Part shown: one piece after another, positions 58,237 through 64,000 of the stretch
How positions within the stretch are numbered: position 1 is the stretch's first letter
Layout of the letters: every line of letters starts with the position of its first letter
Source of the DNA: Felis catus
Taxonomy: Eukaryota
NCBI RefSeq assembly: GCF_018350175.1
Contig: NC_058377.1
Coordinates: 16,554,001-16,618,000 of the forward strand
Length of the DNA stretch: 64,000 nt
Reading direction: 5' to 3'
Program-made: the position numbers and the translations under genes
Notes under the pieces: generated by a model
Told to the model about the DNA's origin: nothing
What the model saw: the letters and a program-made list of their open reading frames with translations, nothing else
Database searches by the model: none

Positions 58237-59184
58237 CTTGACCCTTGAACAACGTGGAGGTTGGGGTGCCAGCCCTTACGCAATCAAAAACCCATGTATA
58301 ACTTTTGACTCCCCCAAAGCTTAACTACTAATAGCTCTACTGTCGGTTAAGCATCTGACTCTTGGTTTTGGCTCAGGTCATGATCTCACGGGTCATGAGT
58401 TCGAGCCCCGCATCGAGCTCTGTGCTGACAGTGCGGAGCCTGTCTCTCTTAACAATTAAATTATTCTCTCTCTTAATAAATTCTCTCTCTCTTAATAAAC
58501 TTAAAAAATATTGTCTTATGTAAAAAAAAAAACAACACTGCAGATGTTACATGTATTACTAACACTAGATGTCAAAAATGAAAAGATGACAGTCTGTAGG
58601 TGTGTGTGTAAGTTTTGATAAATTTTAACTTAATAAAAAATTTTTTTAAGTAATCTCTACACCCAGTGTGGGGCTCAAACTCATGACCCCAAGATCAAGA
58701 ATTATATGCTCCACTGACTGAGCCAGCCTGGTGCCCTGGTAAATTTTAAATTTTTTAATAGATTTGTATATATTTTATGGTATTAAATAATGAAAGACTG
58801 GTGTCTACATATATTTTATGTGTTTGTGACCTACCTTTTTCTTATTTTTTTTAGAGACAGTGTGAGCAGGGGAGGGGCAGAGAAAGAGGGAGATAGAGAA
58901 TATGAAGCAGGCTCCAGGCTCTGAGCTGTCAGCACAGAGCCTGATGCGGGGCTTAAACTCAAGAACCGCGAGATCATGACCTGAGCCAAAGTCAGACCCT
59001 TTACTGACTGAGCCACCCAGACACCCCTAATTTTTTAAAATATTTCTAGGCTACACAGTTCATTTGCAAAGTTTTTCAAATTGTTGCAGATATCCCAAAA
59101 TTTTCCAATGTATTTGAAAAGTATTTTAAAAGTCTGCATATAAATGGACCCGCACAGTTCAAATCTCTGTTCAAGGATTAAATA
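58237..59184. mobile_element. Tigger2/Tigger2a-like TcMar DNA transposon with both TIRs, interrupted by three CAN-SINEs (about 58343-58508 +, 58630-58736 -, 58836-59027 -)
   Basis: Left: TA then cttgacccttgaacaacgtggaggttggggtgcc...gtataacttttgactcccccaaagcttaactactaatag. Right: tataaatggacccgcacagttcaaatctctgttcaagg, inverse of the remembered CAGTTGACCCTTGAACA...TTTGAACTGCGCGGGTCC end. Confidence 0.75.
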
Positions 59185-59337
59185 GACATTTTAATTCAGA
59201 GAATGTCAGGGGAGTGGTGAGTAACCACTGGATAGATTAGGCAAAGGCTGATAGTATGGCAGTTTGAAAGTCTGGTGGGAATTTAGGACATGATGCAGTG
59301 AAAAATAAAGAGCTTCTGGGCTCATCTGTAAGCTGTG

Positions 59338-59545
59338 TGGAAAGAATATGGACTTTGGAGTCAGCCTGACCTGACCCTACCACACGAGTAGTGTGTGACC
59401 TTGAGCAAACCAGTTAACCTCTCTGAGCCAGAGGTTCCTATTTGTAAATGAAGTCAAAAATAGTACTTACCTCATAAGGTGGTGTTGGTAATTCAGTGAC
59501 ATAATATAATATGCTTAGTATGATGCTTGACATATAGTTAAGTGT
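59338..59545 (+). mobile_element. MIR
   Basis: ggactttggagtcag...gtgtgaccttgagcaaaccagttaacctctctgagcc...acttacctcataaggtggtg. Confidence 0.7.
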
Positions 59546-60047
59546 GAAATTAACAACAAAAGGTTTTGCTATCCCCGTTTTGAAGATGAGGATGTTCAGG
59601 AACAGAAGGGTTAAGTTACTTGGCCAAGGTCACGCAGCTAGTAGGTGGCGGACACAGGAGTCTAGATTTGAAGTCTCTTCCTTGTCCAGAGCCATCTCTT
59701 TGAACCTGTGCGTTGTTCTGCATCCCATTGGAATAATTAATTCCTTCTTGGCCAGTTGCTCTGAAGCTTCAAGAGAAATGGGCCTTTAAAGTTCTTAGCT
59801 CAGTGCCTGGCACACGCTCAATAATGTTAGTGTGTTTTTCCCTTCCCAAGAACGCCAGACAGCTTCCAGGGGTTTGAGGAACTGCTACTCCATCCTTATT
59901 GAAAAAGCACAGGGTTTCTCACAGGTCACGGGAGAAGGTGGCTGCTGCCGCCTCTAGGCAGCCTGTCAGCCCAGCCGTTCACCCCCTGGTGGCGTTTGGG
60001 TGGAATCCTTGCAGCTGTGGGTTTCTTTCCACTCTAGGGTGAAGGCC

Positions 60048-63000
60048 ATGCCGCCCCCCGGGAAAGTTCCCCGAAAGGAGAATCTGGGGCTACAGTGTGA
60101 GTGGGGGTCCTGCTCCTTTGTGTGCTCAGCCATGGAGGAGTTCTGCGAGCATGTCACTCAGCACCTCCGGCAGCACCTGCACGGCTCCGGGGAGGAGGAG
60201 GATGAGGAGGAGGACCCACTTGGTAAGGGGGCAGGACAGGAGGGGGAAGGAGCTCAAGGAAGGTGGAACGTCTGACTTTTCTTTCCTAATTGTGCTTGTT
60301 TTGCTTATAAAAGCATTGTAGATGGGAATGCAAACTGGCGCAGCCGCTCTGGAAAACGGTGTGGAGGTTCCTCAAAAAATTAAAATAGATCTACCCTGTG
60401 ACCCAGCAATAGCACTGCTAGGAATTTACCCAAGGGATACAGGAGTACTGATGCATAGGGGCACTTGTACCCCAATGTTTATAGCAGCACTCTCAACAAT
60501 AGCCAAATTATGGAAAGAGCCTAAATGTCCATCAAGTGATGAATGGATAAAGAAATTGTGGTTTATATACACAATGGAGTACTACTTGGCAATGAGAAAG
60601 AATGAAATATGGCCATTTGCAGCAACGTGGATGGAACTGGAGAGTGTTATGCTAAGTGAAATAGTCATACAGAGAAAGAGAGATACCATATGTTTTCACT
60701 CTTAATTGGATCCTGAGAAACTTAACAGAAGACCATGGGGGAGGGGAAGGGGAAAAAAAAGTTAGGGAGGGAGGCAAACCATAAGAGACTCTTAAAAACT
60801 GAGAATAAACTGAGGGTTGATGGGGGGTGGGAGGGAGGGGAAAGTGGGTGATGGACATTGAGGAGGGCACCTGTTGGGATGAGCACTGGGTTTTGTATGG
60901 AAACCAATCTGACAATAAATTTCATATTAAAAAAAAAAGCATTGTAGACTCATCATAGAAAATTCATTCAACAAGGAAATGTGGGACGAATCTGAATCCG
61001 CCAGCCTGCCATCAAAAGGCAATTAGTGACATTACTTTAGTGAATGTTCTTTTGACGTCTCTCTGCATGCAATAATAAATTAGATAAAGATGATTTTCTT
61101 TTTTAAAAAGGATCATATTATTATTATACAAGCTGTCGACAACCTGCTTTTCTGCCTCTCTGGTAATGCTTCTCAATTTTTTTTTTTCCACTGCAACTAC
61201 CAGATAGGCATGCATTTTACTTCCCAACCCCAGATAAAAAGTTAAAAAAATACTTGAAACAATACTTGCTTTTATTAAATGTTCTCTCAAGTATTCTTAT
61301 TCTTTTTCATAAAAAAAAAAAAATGGGGGGAGTGCCTGGCCGGCCCAGTGGGTAGAGCGTGTGACTCTTGATCTCAGGGTCGTGAGTTCAAGCCCCACGT
61401 TGGGCCTGGAGCCTACTTAAAAAAATAAAAATTGGTTTGCGCCTCCCTAAGTTGATGTATTCAGTCCCTAACAGGTCACAAAACAATTTTAAAAATTCTG
61501 TTCTACACAAAGTACAGAGGCAGCTCTCCTTCCCCAACCTCAGATTCTGTTTTAAGTCTAGTGACTATGAAGCATAAGTGATAGTTTCAGAAGTCAAACA
61601 GTACGTACACAAAAAGGAAATTAGGGGGTTATTATATATTTCAAAGTAGCTCCTTTTAAAAACAAGTAAGCCCCTGTAAAGCATTGAAAATGTGCTTCGA
61701 GAGAGATGCACGAGAGCCAGGCATTGGACTGCCGCAGCTGATGGCTTTCCCGGAGAGGGTGGATCTCAGGCAGAATTTGGAGGAAAGAAGGACCTGCGGT
61801 CCGACGGGAAGGAGTGAGGGGTGTCCCAGCTTGGGAGCCGGCAGCGCACGCCGGCCACACTGAGTTTGTGGCTCTGGACCTTGCACACACCCTTCCCTCT
61901 GCCTCGGCCACACTTCTCCATCTAGCTCACAGATGCTCGCCCTTCGGATCTCAACGCAGCGACACTTCCGAGTCCTCCATGCCTACATCACATGGGCTCT
62001 GTTTAATTATGTTGCAGTAACCCGCACCCCCTGCCCCCTTCATAGAACTCGGAGCTGGCTGCAGTTTTAGATTTATACGTGGGATTACTTAACTAACCTT
62101 TCCTCTCCCTGACTGAAAGCTATCGTGAGGGCAAGGACCGGGACTCTTTACTCATCAACCCCCCCCCCCCCAGGGCCTGGTGCACGATTGGTAGTTGTTA
62201 AATGCTGGTATTTGCCGAATGAACTGGGGTATTTCGGTCAGAGTCCAGCCTGCTCGCTCGCCGCTAAGTGTCACAGGTAGAAGGAGAGCTGAGCTTTGGA
62301 AGGTATCAGACTTTTCCCCCTAAACCCCTTTCTGCAGAAGAAGAATTCTCCTGCTTGTGGCAGGAGTGTGGCTTTTGCTCTATGGACAGTTCTGCTGACC
62401 TCATCCGCCACGTCTACTTCCACTGCTACCACACCAAGCTGAAGCAGTGGGGGCTGCAGGCTCTGCAGAGCCAGGCCGACCTCAGCCCCTGCATCCTGGA
62501 CTTCCAGAGCCGCAACATCATCCCTGACATCCCTGACCACTTCCTGTGTCTGTGGGAGCACTGTGAGGTCAGCGGGCAGTGCTGGGCGTAGGGGTGGAAG
62601 GAAGTTGGGGATCTTAGCTCAAGATGCCTTGACCCTCTCAGGGATGCCCTGCGTCTGCCAAGGTTCCTGCTACTATGTCATTTCATTTCCGGGTGGCCCC
62701 CATGCTCAAACTTTCTCAGGCCCACCAAGTTAGTTTGAGAGAGCGCCAAGAAACCCCCTTTGGGCACGTCACGTCCCTCTAGCCACCGTCAGTTCTAACC
62801 CCAAGTTGCCCCTGGCACAGAGTTCCTTCGACAACCCCGAGTGGTTCTATCGGCACGTGGAAGCACACAGCCTGTGCTGTGAATACCAAGCGGTCGGCAA
62901 AGACAACCAGGTGGTGCTGTGTGGCTGGAAAGGTAGGGCCACTCCTTAACTTCTTGTCCTTAAAGAATCCCTGGGGGTGGTAAGGGGTTGGGGCGGCGGG

Positions 63001-64000
63001 GTATGGGACCAGTCCCCCAGGGTAAGGTCGGCTGCTGGCCGGAGACTTGATGTCAGAACTGCCTCTGGGCGTTTGAGCCTGACTGGGCTTTTCTTCCCAG
63101 GCTGTACCTGCACCTTCAAGGACTGCCGTAAGCTTCGAGAGCACCTCCGCAGCCACACCCAGGAGAAGGTGGTGGCCTGCCCCACCTGCGGGGGCATGTT
63201 TGCCAACAACACCAAGTTCTTAGATCACATCCGTCGCCAGACCGCGTTGGATCGTAAGCAATCAGAGAAGAAGGGGAGTGGGTGCAGGCCGTCCTTGCGG
63301 TGGGGGTAAGGGGCATGTTCCCGGGAGAGGGGGCCACCGAAGGCATCTGCAGCCTGGCTACATCTACCTCTAGGACTCAGTCACCTGCCACAGTGTGACA
63401 GGAGAGTCATTAGGGGCTCTTACTGTTCAGTGCTTACTGTGTGCCGCATCTCTTCCCAGTGAATCCTCGCAACCCCATGAGGTATGCTGCTCCTCCCCCT
63501 TTCTGCAGGTGAAGAAACCGAGGGCCAGGTTAACTCACTTACCTGAGGTCGCACAGCTAGTTAGGGGTCAAGCAGGGATTCTCATTCAGGTTCTCGACTG
63601 CAAGCGCCATGCTCTTTCCATGGTCTGTGTCCATCCCTGGTTCCTGAGCTCCCCCTTTCTTGGGTGGTTCTCCTCTCCCGGGCTTGCTCTCCTGTCTGTG
63701 CCTCTCCGCCATCCTCCGCAGCCCAGGCTCTCTTCTGCCTGCCCCACTGTAGAGCAACGCTTCCAGTGCTCTCACTGTTCCAAGAGATTTGCCACGGAGC
63801 GGCTGTTGCGGGACCATATGCGTAACCATGGTGAGCGGCCGGCGCCCCCAACCTCCTTGCCCACCCTCCAGGTATCCGCTGGGCCCCCGATCACAGCCTC
63901 CTCTCTGCTCCTCTCAGTGAATCACTATAAGTGTCCTCTGTGTGATATGACCTGCCCGCTGCCATCGTCCCTCCGAAACCACATGCGCTTTCGCCACAGC
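60048..64000 (+). CDS. HINFP: Histone H4 transcription factor (HiNF-P/MIZF), C2H2 zinc-finger protein; truncated at the right edge
   Basis: Coding exons 60048-60222 (acceptor 60038), 62338-62567, 62821-62932, 63101-63253, 63753-63830, 63918 to beyond 64000, all in phase. [22 protein letters not shown]...[11 protein letters not shown]...[35 protein letters not shown]...[32 protein letters not shown]. Confidence 0.97.
60323..60934 (+). mobile_element. 5'-truncated young carnivore/felid LINE-1 (ORF2 C-terminus, 3'UTR, short A-tail)
   Basis: ORF2 motifs [15 protein letters not shown]...[23 protein letters not shown]...[12 protein letters not shown]; AATAAA at 60914; perfect 14-bp TSD AAAAGCATTGTAGA (60309-60322, 60935-60948). 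Confidence 0.96.
61325..61430 (+). mobile_element. Short tRNA-like CAN-SINE
   Basis: tgcctggccggcccagtgggtagagcgtgtgactcttgatctcagggtcgtgagttcaagcccc followed by an A-tail. Confidence 0.85.

Noticed and set aside
60322-60705. 127-aa ORF as a host gene
   Set aside because: It is the L1 ORF2 C-terminal remnant, with no promoter, RT or EN domains.

Overview
Mammalian genomic DNA from a felid: many tRNA-derived CAN-SINEs of the cat SINEC_Fc type and a cat-type L1 3' end. The window is the gene-dense block syntenic to human 11q23.3. It holds the 5' part of HYOU1 (-, runs off the left edge), complete VPS11 (+, 16 exons, 941 aa), complete HMBS (+, housekeeping exon 1 plus erythroid promoter/exon 2, 361 aa), H2AX (-, CDS partly under N), complete DPAGT1 (-, 9 exons, 408 aa), complete C2CD2L/TMEM24 (+, 14 exons, 706/707 aa) and the 5' part of HINFP (+, runs off the right edge). 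Exon structures were rebuilt by hand from splice sites and reading phase; exon lengths hidden under N are assumed from remembered human orthologues. I found no evidence of a new biological system. The most notable features are: a U12 AT-AC intron and a GC-AG intron in VPS11; a U12 GT-AG intron with an atypical branch site in HMBS; tandem ERSE-II/UPRE elements at HYOU1; dual 3' processing signals of H2AX with a miR-24 site overlapping the U7 element; a young 5'-truncated L1 with a perfect TSD in HINFP; several nested or inverted SINE structures; N runs whose lengths look like masks rather than true gaps; and an unexplained AT-rich ~1.1 kb segment between C2CD2L and HINFP. Repeat family names come from remembered consensus sequences, not from a search.
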